Below are positions 26,236-35,096 of a DNA stretch of 64,000 nt, in pieces. This DNA is from Patescibacteria group bacterium (GTDB lineage Bacteria > Patescibacteriota > Patescibacteriia > SBBC01 > CAIJZX01). Under the pieces are notes generated by a model that saw only the letters and a list, made by a program, of their open reading frames with translations, ran no database searches and was not told the origin of the DNA. The position numbers were made by a program, and so were the translations under genes. Location: NCBI GenBank assembly GCA_038065275.1, contig JBBTRH010000005.1:103195-167194 (forward strand), read 5' to 3'. Positions within the stretch are counted from its first letter, which is position 1; each line of letters starts with the position of its first letter.

Positions 26236-28395
26236 ATGTCCCTCACTACCCCGATTGCGAAACTGCCGCGCATGCAGTCGGCGATCGCCGGGAAATTCGC
26301 GCAACTCGGGTTATTGACGCTCCGCGACGCGTTGTTCTATTTCCCGTTCCGGCATGAAGATTGGCGGCAACGGTCGACCATCAACGCGTTAGCGGTCGGA
26401 CAGGAAGTGACGGTGGCCGGGATCGTCGCGACCGTCAAATCGCGGCGGGCTTGGCACCGGCGCGGAACGACGATTACCGATGTGACCATGACCGACGACC
26501 GCCCTGAACCATCCGGTCCGGGGCGGAGCGTCGCCAAGTTGCACGTCGTCTGGTTTAATCTGCCGTTCCTGGGAACTAGCCTGAAACCGGGCGATCGACT
26601 CTACGTATCGGGGACCGTGATCACCGCCAAGGACGGCCGGCTGCAGATGAACAATCCGGTTTACGAACGGCCCAGTGACGACCCGCTCCATCAGCGGTTG
26701 GTGCCGGTCTACCGCACGACTGACGGTTTATCGCAACGGCAGTTGCGGCTGGCGGTTAAACAGGCCGTCAGTTTGGCTAATGTCGTTCCGGACCCCCTGC
26801 CCGCCGCCGCGCTCTCGGAGCTTCCGGCGGAGCCAGGCGTAGCCTGGCAGGCCGGACCCAGCCTGCCCGGCTCTGCCGGGGCTTCGCCGGGCAACCTGCT
26901 CCCGTTGCCGGAGGCGCTAACACAGATTCATTTTCCCGATACCCCGGACCTCGCTCACCGCGCCGTGGAACGGCTGAAGTTCGACGAGCTGTTGTCATGG
27001 CATCTGCGGATGGTGGCGGCGAACAACGCTATCGGTCGGCATCAGGCGCCGGTCATCCCCTTCCACGAAACCGAAATCCGCTCGTTCGTCCAGCACCTCC
27101 CATATGCCTTAACCGATGACCAGCGGGTCGCCGCTTGGCAGGTGCTCCAGGACTTAGCCCAGCCCCGGCCGATGTCCCGTCTGGTGCAAGGAGACGTTGG
27201 TTCGGGGAAAACCGTCGTGGCCGCCCTGGTCGCCTACAACGCCGCCTTGAGCCACTTGCAGGTGGCGCTGGTGGCGCCGACCGTGGTCTTAGCTGAACAA
27301 CACCGGCAGACGTTCATCAGCATGCTCGGCAAACACGCCACGCGGCTGGCGCTGTTGACCGGACAAACGGCCACTATTTTTTCCGCCGGTACGGCCACGG
27401 ACGTTTCCCCCCGGGAGTTACGCGAGTCCCTGGCCCGCGGCACCGTCGATATCATCATCGGCACTCACGCCGTGCTCCAACCGGACGTAGTCTTCCATCG
27501 CTTGGGCTTGGTCATCGTCGACGAACAGCAACGTTTCGGCGTTGACCAGCGGCAAGCCTTACTGGCCGGCCGCGACGAGACGCCGCACTTTCTCAGCCTG
27601 ACCGCCACGCCCATCCCCCGCAGTTTTGCGCTGTGGCTGAGCGGCATCCTGTCGATCAGCACCATCGCCACTAAACCGCCCGGCCGGGCGCCGATCGTCT
27701 CCGCGGTGATTGGGCCGCCGGAACGAACTGCGGTTGATCGAACGATCGCCGCCACCGTCGCCCGCGGCGAACAGGTCTACGTCATCACACCGTTGATTGA
27801 GGAATCCGACAGTCTCGGCGTGCGAGCCGCGACCGGCGAACACCAACGGTTAACTGCGGTCCTGCCGCGCGCCCGCGTCGGCCTGCTCCACGGCGCCATG
27901 CCGGCGGACGACCGCCTGGCCGAATTGGAACGCTTCCGGCGCCGCGAGCTTGACGTGCTCGTCAGCACCACCGTCATCGAAGTCGGCGTTGATGTGCCGA
28001 ATGCCACGCTGATGGTGATCGAGGGCGCCGAACGGTTCGGCCTGGCCCAGCTCCACCAGCTTCGCGGCCGGGTTGGCCGTGGGACGGCGCCCAGCCGCTG
28101 TTTGTTCGTCACTGATCGCGACGCGCCCGAAGTCCGCCGACGGCTGGAGCGCGTAGCCACGATGACAGACGGTTTTGCCGTCGCCGAGCTCGACTGGCAG
28201 GAGCGCGGCGGCGGCGACCTGTACGGTCAGCGGCAGTCCGGCTTACCGGCTTGGCGGTTGGCTAGCTTGAATGACCGCCGGCTGTTCGAACGCGTCCGCG
28301 CTTATGTCAGCCGCCTGTCGGCTGAAGAGATGACGCAACTCGAACACGCCCTGGGCGAAGACGAACCAGCCACGGGCGCGTGGCATCCGGAGTAG
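26236..28395 (+). CDS. recG: ATP-dependent DNA helicase RecG
   Basis: Wedge domain. Helicase motifs GDVGSGKT, DEQQRFG, C-terminal HQLRGRVGRG. Start at MSLTTPIAK. The upstream part of the ORF overlaps tRNA-Arg and is not believed. Confidence 0.85.
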   Translation: MSLTTPIAKLPRMQSAIAGKFAQLGLLTLRDALFYFPFRHEDWRQRSTINALAVGQEVTVAGIVATVKSRRAWHRRGTTITDVTMTDDRPEPSGPGRSVAKLHVVWFNLPFLGTSLKPGDRLYVSGTVITAKDGRLQMNNPVYERPSDDPLHQRLVPVYRTTDGLSQRQLRLAVKQAVSLANVVPDPLPAAALSELPAEPGVAWQAGPSLPGSAGASPGNLLPLPEALTQIHFPDTPDLAHRAVERLKFDELLSWHLRMVAANNAIGRHQAPVIPFHETEIRSFVQHLPYALTDDQRVAAWQVLQDLAQPRPMSRLVQGDVGSGKTVVAALVAYNAALSHLQVALVAPTVVLAEQHRQTFISMLGKHATRLALLTGQTATIFSAGTATDVSPRELRESLARGTVDIIIGTHAVLQPDVVFHRLGLVIVDEQQRFGVDQRQALLAGRDETPHFLSLTATPIPRSFALWLSGILSISTIATKPPGRAPIVSAVIGPPERTAVDRTIAATVARGEQVYVITPLIEESDSLGVRAATGEHQRLTAVLPRARVGLLHGAMPADDRLAELERFRRRELDVLVSTTVIEVGVDVPNATLMVIEGAERFGLAQLHQLRGRVGRGTAPSRCLFVTDRDAPEVRRRLERVATMTDGFAVAELDWQERGGGDLYGQRQSGLPAWRLASLNDRRLFERVRAYVSRLSAEEMTQLEHALGEDEPATGAWHPE

Positions 28396-28397
28396 GA

Positions 28398-29942
28398 TCA
28401 CCGGCCGTTGGCGCAGGCCGTAGCGTAGGCCTGTTTGAACTCAGCCATATAATTCTTTGCGTTCGCCCGGATCTGCTCAACTTTTGATCGGTCTTTGAGG
28501 AACGTAGTTGAGCAGAAACTGTCTGATGCGCCGCCGAGACCCTGGTTGTACGCCGCGGCCGCCAGTAGAAGGTTCTTTTGGACGCAACTTTGATTAAGAA
28601 GTTGCTGGCCGTAGTAATCGGAGATCATCTGCACCTGGGCTTGCATCCCGGAAATTCCCGTACCCATTTTTCCGGCCGTTCGTTTATCCAGCCAGGCTTT
28701 GCACGACTGGCTGATATGCTTTCCGTCGCAATCATACACCTCTTCGTGGGTGCATGTAGCTGGATCGGTGACGGTGGCGGTCCGACATCCCGGAGGCAAC
28801 CCGCCTGGATTGACTTTTTTTAACACCTCAACTAAAGTCGAAACTTTAAATTGTCCGAGTCCATATCCCGGCCCGGGCTGACCGTTGTCGGTCTTCCCCT
28901 CCGGGCCGGAGAATGGTTGTCCCTGCGTCGTTTTCGGACTCTCAATGGCAATGATTGCCTTGATGGCAAAAGCATCGAGATCTTTGTCCTTGCGCGCTAC
29001 GTACTGGATCACTGCGTTCAGATCGATGCATCCATAGTCAACGGCGCCGTTCTCTCCAGCTCCCGCAGTCGGACCGCTACAAGCTTTACTCGGTTCACCG
29101 GCAACTAGTTTTTTCGTGCAACGCGGTAGTTCACCGACTGAGGTGAGTAAATTATTAAGGTAGCTGGCTAATTCCTTGTCAATATAGCTCAACCCAATGC
29201 CGCGGAAGCTGGTTAGTCGCGGATTGATGGTGTTCAGCAGGACGACGGATACTAGGGCGATCAGCACGCCGATGATGGCGTCGTTGATGATCCCGCGCGC
29301 GTCGTTAATCCGGCCCGGATTTCCCGCCGCCGCGACCCATTTGATCCCGCCGTAGACGACCATCACCGTCGCCAGGATCCCGACCGCCCAGACGAAAGCG
29401 ACGAAAATAACCCTGATGTACTCGGCGATGGTGGTGTCGGAAATGTTCCACACCCCCTCTAAAAGTCCGGGGATAGTCAACTCGGGCTTGAAGGTCAGCG
29501 CGTCGGACGCCGCCGAGGCGGCCGGCGGTGTGGTAGGCTGGGTCGTCGGCGCGGTGGCTGGACAGGTTCCGCCGATGGTAAAAAAATAGCCGGCGTTCCG
29601 ACGTTCGTCCGTTTCACATTGAGCGCGGCTGGCCGCAAAACAACTATACGACGGACTGTATGTGACGCAGCGTCCAGTTTCTCCTTGCCGCCGCCACTCA
29701 ACGCATGTTCCGGCGAAGAACTTCCCCGCCGCGTACACGTCAATTCCGCCCCAGGCCTGCTTACAGGCATCAAAGGTCAGATCAACGCAGTCCGGACTGC
29801 CGACGTAGCCCGGCGGATTCAGACAGGCGCCCGTGACGCTTTGGGCCTGCACCTCGCGCGGCGGACGGAATCCGCCGGCGGCGACGGACAGGCCCGCCGT
29901 CACGGCTAGGACCAAACAGACAACCCGCGGGTAACGTGGCAT
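28398..29942 (-). CDS. secreted fusion protein: Cys-rich N-domain, VirB2/TrbC-pilin-like hydrophobic hairpin (..AAGNPG..), C-terminal lytic transglycosylase (SLT) domain
   Basis: YIRVIFVAFVWAVGILATVMVVYGGIKWVAAAGNPGRINDARGIINDAIIGVLIALVSVVLLNTINP. SLT motifs IAIES, GLGQF, AAYNQG. Convergent with recG (2-nt gap). Confidence 0.5.
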   Translation of the reverse strand: MPRYPRVVCLVLAVTAGLSVAAGGFRPPREVQAQSVTGACLNPPGYVGSPDCVDLTFDACKQAWGGIDVYAAGKFFAGTCVEWRRQGETGRCVTYSPSYSCFAASRAQCETDERRNAGYFFTIGGTCPATAPTTQPTTPPAASAASDALTFKPELTIPGLLEGVWNISDTTIAEYIRVIFVAFVWAVGILATVMVVYGGIKWVAAAGNPGRINDARGIINDAIIGVLIALVSVVLLNTINPRLTSFRGIGLSYIDKELASYLNNLLTSVGELPRCTKKLVAGEPSKACSGPTAGAGENGAVDYGCIDLNAVIQYVARKDKDLDAFAIKAIIAIESPKTTQGQPFSGPEGKTDNGQPGPGYGLGQFKVSTLVEVLKKVNPGGLPPGCRTATVTDPATCTHEEVYDCDGKHISQSCKAWLDKRTAGKMGTGISGMQAQVQMISDYYGQQLLNQSCVQKNLLLAAAAYNQGLGGASDSFCSTTFLKDRSKVEQIRANAKNYMAEFKQAYATACANGR

Positions 29943-29945
29943 GCC

Positions 29946-31196
29946 TTAGCGCAGTTGAACGCGCTGAATTGTGCCGGTGGCGGCGTCGGTGAAGAACAAA
30001 CTGCTCTCGTCGGCGGCCACTCGCAGGTTGGCGGCGCTGAAACGCTGGTTCTTATTCTGGTCAACCGGCCGGGCGACCAGCCCGACCGTGCCGGTGCGGA
30101 GATCGACTCGATAAATGTTGTCCGGGATGCCCCGCGAGAGTTCCGGCTGGGGTCCCGAGCCGGGATTGTAATAGTACGGCACCGCGCAATAAACCGACGA
30201 CCCGCTCGAGGCGAAAGCGCACTTGTCGGCGCTGGTGTCGAGGCCGAGGTCGAGGGAGTTCGTCCCTAAGCTTTCCGGCGAGCCGTTCATCAGATACAGG
30301 TGCGGATTGTCGTTGGTCAGCGGACTGTAGGCGCTGTACAGCAGTTTGCGGCCGTCCGGCGACCAGGCGGGAGTGAACCCGCGACCGGCGACGTTGACCG
30401 AGGGAAAGTTCTCGTTGTTGGCGCCCAAGAAAATGATTTCCTGCTGGTCGCCGCTGGTCGACTTGGCGTAGCTGGCGATAATCTGGTTGTTCGGCGACCA
30501 GGCGACCGTCACTTTATCGGCGTTCCCGCCGAGATGCTCGGCCGTCTGCGACTGCGTGCCGTCCGGCTTGCTGACCACCAGCCACTGGTTTTCTTCATCG
30601 CGCGGGTCGAGGTACTTGGCGGCGATCTGGTCGGACTGCGGCGAGAACGAAAAGTTGTTCAATTCCGACGGCAGGGTGGTCTGCTTCTTGGCGGTGAAAT
30701 CGTAGAGGACTTTCGATCCGTCCGGAAAACCGAGAATGGCCTGGTTGCCGTTCGGCGCCCAGTCGACCGACCGGACATCGGGATAGGGGTCGGTCGTCAG
30801 CGGCGTTTTTGTCGACCCGTCCGGGCTGATCTTGTAGAACAATCCCGAGGCGCGGTCATAAAACTGGAGGTCGCCGTTGTCCGGGTTGACCGCCAGCCCC
30901 CCGGCCGGACCGGTCGTCACCGGACTGGCGAAGGTGGCGCCGCCGTTGGCCACATTGCTCGGTTCGGATATCGGCGCGTTCACGGCCGGCAGAGCGTTGA
31001 CGTTCCGCGCCGGCCGGACGCGGTTGGCGTTGCCATTCTGTGGGCTGGGCAGGCCGTTGGTGATGCCGCCGGGGCGGTTGGTGGTTACCGGCGTGCCGCC
31101 CGGCCGGAAAAAGACGTACCAAATCAGGAAAAAGAATCCAACCACAACCAGGGCGAAGGCGGTGATGAAGAGAGATTTTTTTAGGCGATCGTTCAT
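29946..31196 (-). CDS. TolB-like beta-propeller protein, N-terminal membrane anchor
   Basis: Repeated WAPNG/WSPDG propeller-blade motifs. Probable start MNDRLKKSLFITAF (ATG 31196). Confidence 0.55.
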   Translation of the reverse strand: MNDRLKKSLFITAFALVVVGFFFLIWYVFFRPGGTPVTTNRPGGITNGLPSPQNGNANRVRPARNVNALPAVNAPISEPSNVANGGATFASPVTTGPAGGLAVNPDNGDLQFYDRASGLFYKISPDGSTKTPLTTDPYPDVRSVDWAPNGNQAILGFPDGSKVLYDFTAKKQTTLPSELNNFSFSPQSDQIAAKYLDPRDEENQWLVVSKPDGTQSQTAEHLGGNADKVTVAWSPNNQIIASYAKSTSGDQQEIIFLGANNENFPSVNVAGRGFTPAWSPDGRKLLYSAYSPLTNDNPHLYLMNGSPESLGTNSLDLGLDTSADKCAFASSGSSVYCAVPYYYNPGSGPQPELSRGIPDNIYRVDLRTGTVGLVARPVDQNKNQRFSAANLRVAADESSLFFTDAATGTIQRVQLR

Positions 31197-31204
31197 TGGA
31201 GAAT

Positions 31205-32218
31205 TCAATAAATCTTCTCGTGCGGACAAGTTTTACCCGGACAGCAAATATTGGGTATAAAATCTATTCCAGTTTGGGACTTTTCCGGTTTGGTTTTCGG
31301 GCCAACCAGGTAGCACTGGGGGTCAACATTTTCACCTGCCGATATATAACTACCAGCACACCACGGCCAGACTCCATCACGAGCTGGTGCAATGACACCG
31401 CAGTATCCCCGTAGCTGAGCCACGAACCAAAAATTAGTAGCTTGACTAACTTCCCATGTTCCACCTTCTTCCTTGGCTAAGACGTCCGTACACCCTTGAT
31501 GCGGTTTATAGTTGTTTTTTGAATCCATCTTAAGGGAACAAATATTTGTGTGTTCAGCGAAACCCGCGGCACCGCCCCGCGAACATGTCGTGCCCATGCA
31601 ATAATCGTCAACTTCCTTATCTTTACCGTCAACCTTTACTTTTACCGTACCGATTTTTTTCACCTCACCGCAGGTTATTCTTGGTTCGCTGGGGCAGATT
31701 ACCAGGGCGCGGACACCTTCGAAGTATTTTACCGAAATGGACGTTAGCCCTGGGATAGCTAACTGCGTAAGTTTCGGGTTGATAATGTTCAACAGCACGA
31801 CCGACACCAAAGCGATCAGCACCCCGATGACCGCGTTGTCAATAATGTCTCGCGCCTCTTTGATCTGACCGGGATTGCCGGCGGCGGACACCCAACGTAT
31901 CCCGCCGTACATGACCATCACCACCGCCACGATGCCGACCACCCAGACGAAGTAGATGTAGATCGCCCGGATGTAACGCGTCAGCAGGGTGTCGTCGGCG
32001 TTCTGCTCGCCGGTGAATACGACCGGGATGGGAATTTCCGGCGTGAACTTTTCGGATTTATCCGCCGCGGCCGGTTCCGCCGCGGCCGCACTGGGTTTGC
32101 TTTGGGCTTGCACCTCGCGCGGCGAACGGAATCCGAAGATGGCGACGGACAGGCCTGCCAGCATGGTCAGAAACACCGCTAGAGTGATGGCCGCGTTTCT
32201 TACGTGCGGAGCAGTCAT
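31205..32218 (-). CDS. VirB2/TrbC-pilin-like protein, paralog of 28398..29942, with Cys-rich C-terminal domain
   Basis: YIRAIYIYFVWVVGIVAVVMVMYGGIRWVSAAGNPGQIKEARDIIDNAVIGVLIALVSVVLLNIINP. Its leader FRSPREVQAQS and a 45-bp stretch of DNA are near-identical to the paralog. Confidence 0.45.
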   Translation of the reverse strand: MTAPHVRNAAITLAVFLTMLAGLSVAIFGFRSPREVQAQSKPSAAAAEPAAADKSEKFTPEIPIPVVFTGEQNADDTLLTRYIRAIYIYFVWVVGIVAVVMVMYGGIRWVSAAGNPGQIKEARDIIDNAVIGVLIALVSVVLLNIINPKLTQLAIPGLTSISVKYFEGVRALVICPSEPRITCGEVKKIGTVKVKVDGKDKEVDDYCMGTTCSRGGAAGFAEHTNICSLKMDSKNNYKPHQGCTDVLAKEEGGTWEVSQATNFWFVAQLRGYCGVIAPARDGVWPWCAGSYISAGENVDPQCYLVGPKTKPEKSQTGIDFIPNICCPGKTCPHEKIY

Positions 32219-32273
32219 CCGAGGCAAGCGTTGATCATGACGGTAGATGGTGGGCATGGTCGGTACGAGAAGT

Positions 32274-34526
32274 TTACTGGCCGGTGAAGAAATTGACAAT
32301 AGCTCCGATCGTCTTCAGTCCGAGTTTAGCGGCTTCAACGGGATTGGCGATAAGCCAAAGAAAGACAAAAATGAAGCCGTAAATGACTCCGGTCCAGGCG
32401 GCGACAATCATGAATTTCATGTGCCGCACGTAGTCGATCGGGTCGCTGATGCTGTAGCCGGGGATGAGTTGGACCGATACGCTCGTGTCCGGTTGATTGG
32501 CGGCGCTGTCCGGAGGCGGACGGGCGGTGATTTCTTTCGTGAACATATTGCCCATCATGTTTCCGCCCATCCACCGCAGGAGGTAGAGGCCGACGACCAC
32601 CGGACCGGAGAAAAGAAACAGGTCGGTCATGGACAGGGCTTGATCCTCGGCCACTTCTTGAGCGATTTGCCAGCCCCGTTTGTAGATTTTTTCGAGTCGT
32701 TCTTTTTCCGACTCATACTGCACCGGAATCTGCTTCGCCTTCTGCCCCGCTTGGATCGCCTGCCGCTGGCGGGCGCGGTCGGCCGCTTCAAATTGCGCCC
32801 GCCGCTGGGCGGCGAGTTTCTGCGACCGGAGTTCCTGGGCCATCATCTCCGGTGATTGTCCTTCCGCGTCTCCGGCCGCCTCCGGCGCGGTAGTGTCTTG
32901 AAATTCCGACGACTCTTCGGCGCTCGGCGCGGTGCGCTCCGTCGGGGTGGCGGCCGGAGTCGGGGCCGGCGCGGTGAACGGTTGATATTCTTCATCGACT
33001 CCCTCGAGCCGGCCGCCGCCGACCATTTCAGGCGGTCGAGGTTGGTCAGTCGGCACCGGTTGTTGTGCAATTGGTGTCGGAACCTTGGCTTCCGCCGCTG
33101 GAGCTTCCGGACTTGGGGTTTGGACGGGAAGTGTACTGCTAACTGGCACTCCTTCGACCGTGGCTTCAAACTCGGGCGGCGCGGCCGGCACGCTCGGCCG
33201 GTAGGCTTGGTGGTCGGGGTGTGACGGCGGGGGCGCGGACGGCGGCGGTGACGTCGTCTGGGCCGGTTGGCCGATTTGATCTGCCGGTAATCCCGGCGGC
33301 CCGGATGGCGCAGGTTCAGCGCCGCCGGCTATCGGTTCGACGCGCCTGGGAGAAATTGCCGGGTGAACACCGGTCTGGGCGAAAGCGGGCGATGGGGTCT
33401 GGTCAACCGGAGTCGTAGCTGGCGCCGGCCCACTGCCTCGAGGCGTCGCCCGCCGCGGACGTCGTCCATAACGCGGTGACGCTGATGGTGTTGCCACTGG
33501 CTGGCCGGTGGTGGGCGTCGGTTCGGACACTCCCGTCGGAGTAGCGCCGGTTGGAGATGGCCCTCCCTCCTCCTCTCGCCCCTCGCGCCGTCGCCAAAGC
33601 GGCTTTGGCGCGTCGGCGACCTCGGGCAGGAGGGGTGTAATACCTCGCCCATCTTCTGGCGGGGGGGGTGTGATGCCTTGCCCCTTTTCTGGCGGGGGGA
33701 GCGTGACGGGTGACTGTGGTGTACTTTCTTGTATTCCTGGAACCAGTAGCACTGTAGCCGGAGCCGCGCCGGCCGTGTCGGCTGAGACGTCGATACTGGG
33801 AACCTCGGCATTGATTCCTGGCGGAGTTTCTCCGACATCGGGTATTGTCACCGTCGGCGGAATCGAGGGCGGTACCGGACTGACCGGCGGAACTTCACTG
33901 CGCGGTTGAACCGGCAGTGTTGGAGTCACCGCGGTTGGCCCGGCGGACGATGCGGCCGGCGGTCCAATCGGCGGTGTAGAAACTCGCGGCGGGATTGGCG
34001 GAGCTGACACTCGGGCCGCTGGCGGCGCAGTATCGGTCACCGGCGGCGTGACTAAACGCTCAACCGCTTCCACGGCTTCGAGATGCCGATCCATCAACCG
34101 GTGCTGTTCGTTGGCCGGCAGATGCAACGATCTCGTCAGGTCACTGCTGGGGATGACCGGATCGAGCGCGACGACGCTGTGGCCGCTTGGTTCAAGGCGG
34201 CCGCGGTACACCCGGCCATTGCGCTTGACGTAGATCGGCCGGCCGCTCGAGCGCGCGGCGGCCAGCAGGCGCGCCGTGGCGATGCCGGTGTCATTGACAA
34301 TCCGGCCGTCGTTATCGAGCGTCACAAAATAGCCGGACACGATGTCCGGTTCATCGCCCCGGCCGGGAGCGACGACCACGCCGATATCCGTCTCGCCGAT
34401 GGCCGGATTCGGCTCGTCAGGCGGCGCGGTGGCGGGCTTGTCAGTGCGCTTGCCGCGCACCGCGGCTGAATCGTTTACCGCGGAGTCGGTTGTTTGGTCG
34501 AGTTCATCATCGACAACGGTGGCCAT
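32274..34526 (-). CDS. proline-rich membrane protein (750 aa), C-terminal TM helices; possible VirB10-like scaffold
   Basis: Long P/T/A-rich low-complexity region, then a coiled coil and three C-terminal TM segments. Confidence 0.4.
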   Translation of the reverse strand: MATVVDDELDQTTDSAVNDSAAVRGKRTDKPATAPPDEPNPAIGETDIGVVVAPGRGDEPDIVSGYFVTLDNDGRIVNDTGIATARLLAAARSSGRPIYVKRNGRVYRGRLEPSGHSVVALDPVIPSSDLTRSLHLPANEQHRLMDRHLEAVEAVERLVTPPVTDTAPPAARVSAPPIPPRVSTPPIGPPAASSAGPTAVTPTLPVQPRSEVPPVSPVPPSIPPTVTIPDVGETPPGINAEVPSIDVSADTAGAAPATVLLVPGIQESTPQSPVTLPPPEKGQGITPPPPEDGRGITPLLPEVADAPKPLWRRREGREEEGGPSPTGATPTGVSEPTPTTGQPVATPSASPRYGRRPRRATPRGSGPAPATTPVDQTPSPAFAQTGVHPAISPRRVEPIAGGAEPAPSGPPGLPADQIGQPAQTTSPPPSAPPPSHPDHQAYRPSVPAAPPEFEATVEGVPVSSTLPVQTPSPEAPAAEAKVPTPIAQQPVPTDQPRPPEMVGGGRLEGVDEEYQPFTAPAPTPAATPTERTAPSAEESSEFQDTTAPEAAGDAEGQSPEMMAQELRSQKLAAQRRAQFEAADRARQRQAIQAGQKAKQIPVQYESEKERLEKIYKRGWQIAQEVAEDQALSMTDLFLFSGPVVVGLYLLRWMGGNMMGNMFTKEITARPPPDSAANQPDTSVSVQLIPGYSISDPIDYVRHMKFMIVAAWTGVIYGFIFVFLWLIANPVEAAKLGLKTIGAIVNFFTGQ

Positions 34527-34535
34527 AGGAAACCC

Positions 34536-35093
34536 CTATTTCCACACCGCCGCGCTGACTTTCCAATCGGCCCCAACTTTGACCAGGTCTATTAATAAGT
34601 CTTTGGTTTGGACGGTCGCGGCCGTCCCGACCGTGACCGTTTGCTGGGTGGCCACGACCACCGACGCGGCCGCGGTTGTTTGCTTCAGCACGTTGAACAC
34701 CAGCGCCCGGGTGACGGTGCCGTGGTACTCCTTCGGCGGCGGGGCTGATCGCGCCTGGGCTATCTGCGCGCCGAGGAAATCGCCGTAGGCGGCGGTGGCG
34801 TACGCTTGGGCGTCAGTCAGATTGCGACCGCCGTTCTGATTCGATCCACTGCCGTACCGTTCGGTGAAGTTCCGCGCCACGTAGATTATGGCTTGACGAT
34901 CCGGGGTATAGGGCGAGCGGTTGGCGTTGGCGGGCGCGTCGGTCGGGCGATTGGTGACCGGCGGCGCGGTATTAGTCACCCGGTAGACGGCGTTCTGGAG
35001 ACGCGGGCTCCGGGTGACGCTGAGGATGATAACCAGGGCCAGGCCGATCATGACGACCAGGGCCGAGGCGAAAAAGATGATCCGGCGTCCCAT
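34536..35093 (-). CDS. bitopic membrane protein, hypothetical (VirB8-position)
   Basis: 185 aa. N-terminal TM. Sits directly downstream of the VirB4 genes. Confidence 0.35.
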   Translation of the reverse strand: MGRRIIFFASALVVMIGLALVIILSVTRSPRLQNAVYRVTNTAPPVTNRPTDAPANANRSPYTPDRQAIIYVARNFTERYGSGSNQNGGRNLTDAQAYATAAYGDFLGAQIAQARSAPPPKEYHGTVTRALVFNVLKQTTAAASVVVATQQTVTVGTAATVQTKDLLIDLVKVGADWKVSAAVWK

Positions 35094-35096
35094 CGG

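Noticed and set aside
25945-26304. ORF 25945..26304(-) and the 5' extension of recG from 26068
   Set aside because: Both overlap the tRNA-Arg gene and its promoter. recG has a clear start at 26236 with its own -10 element.
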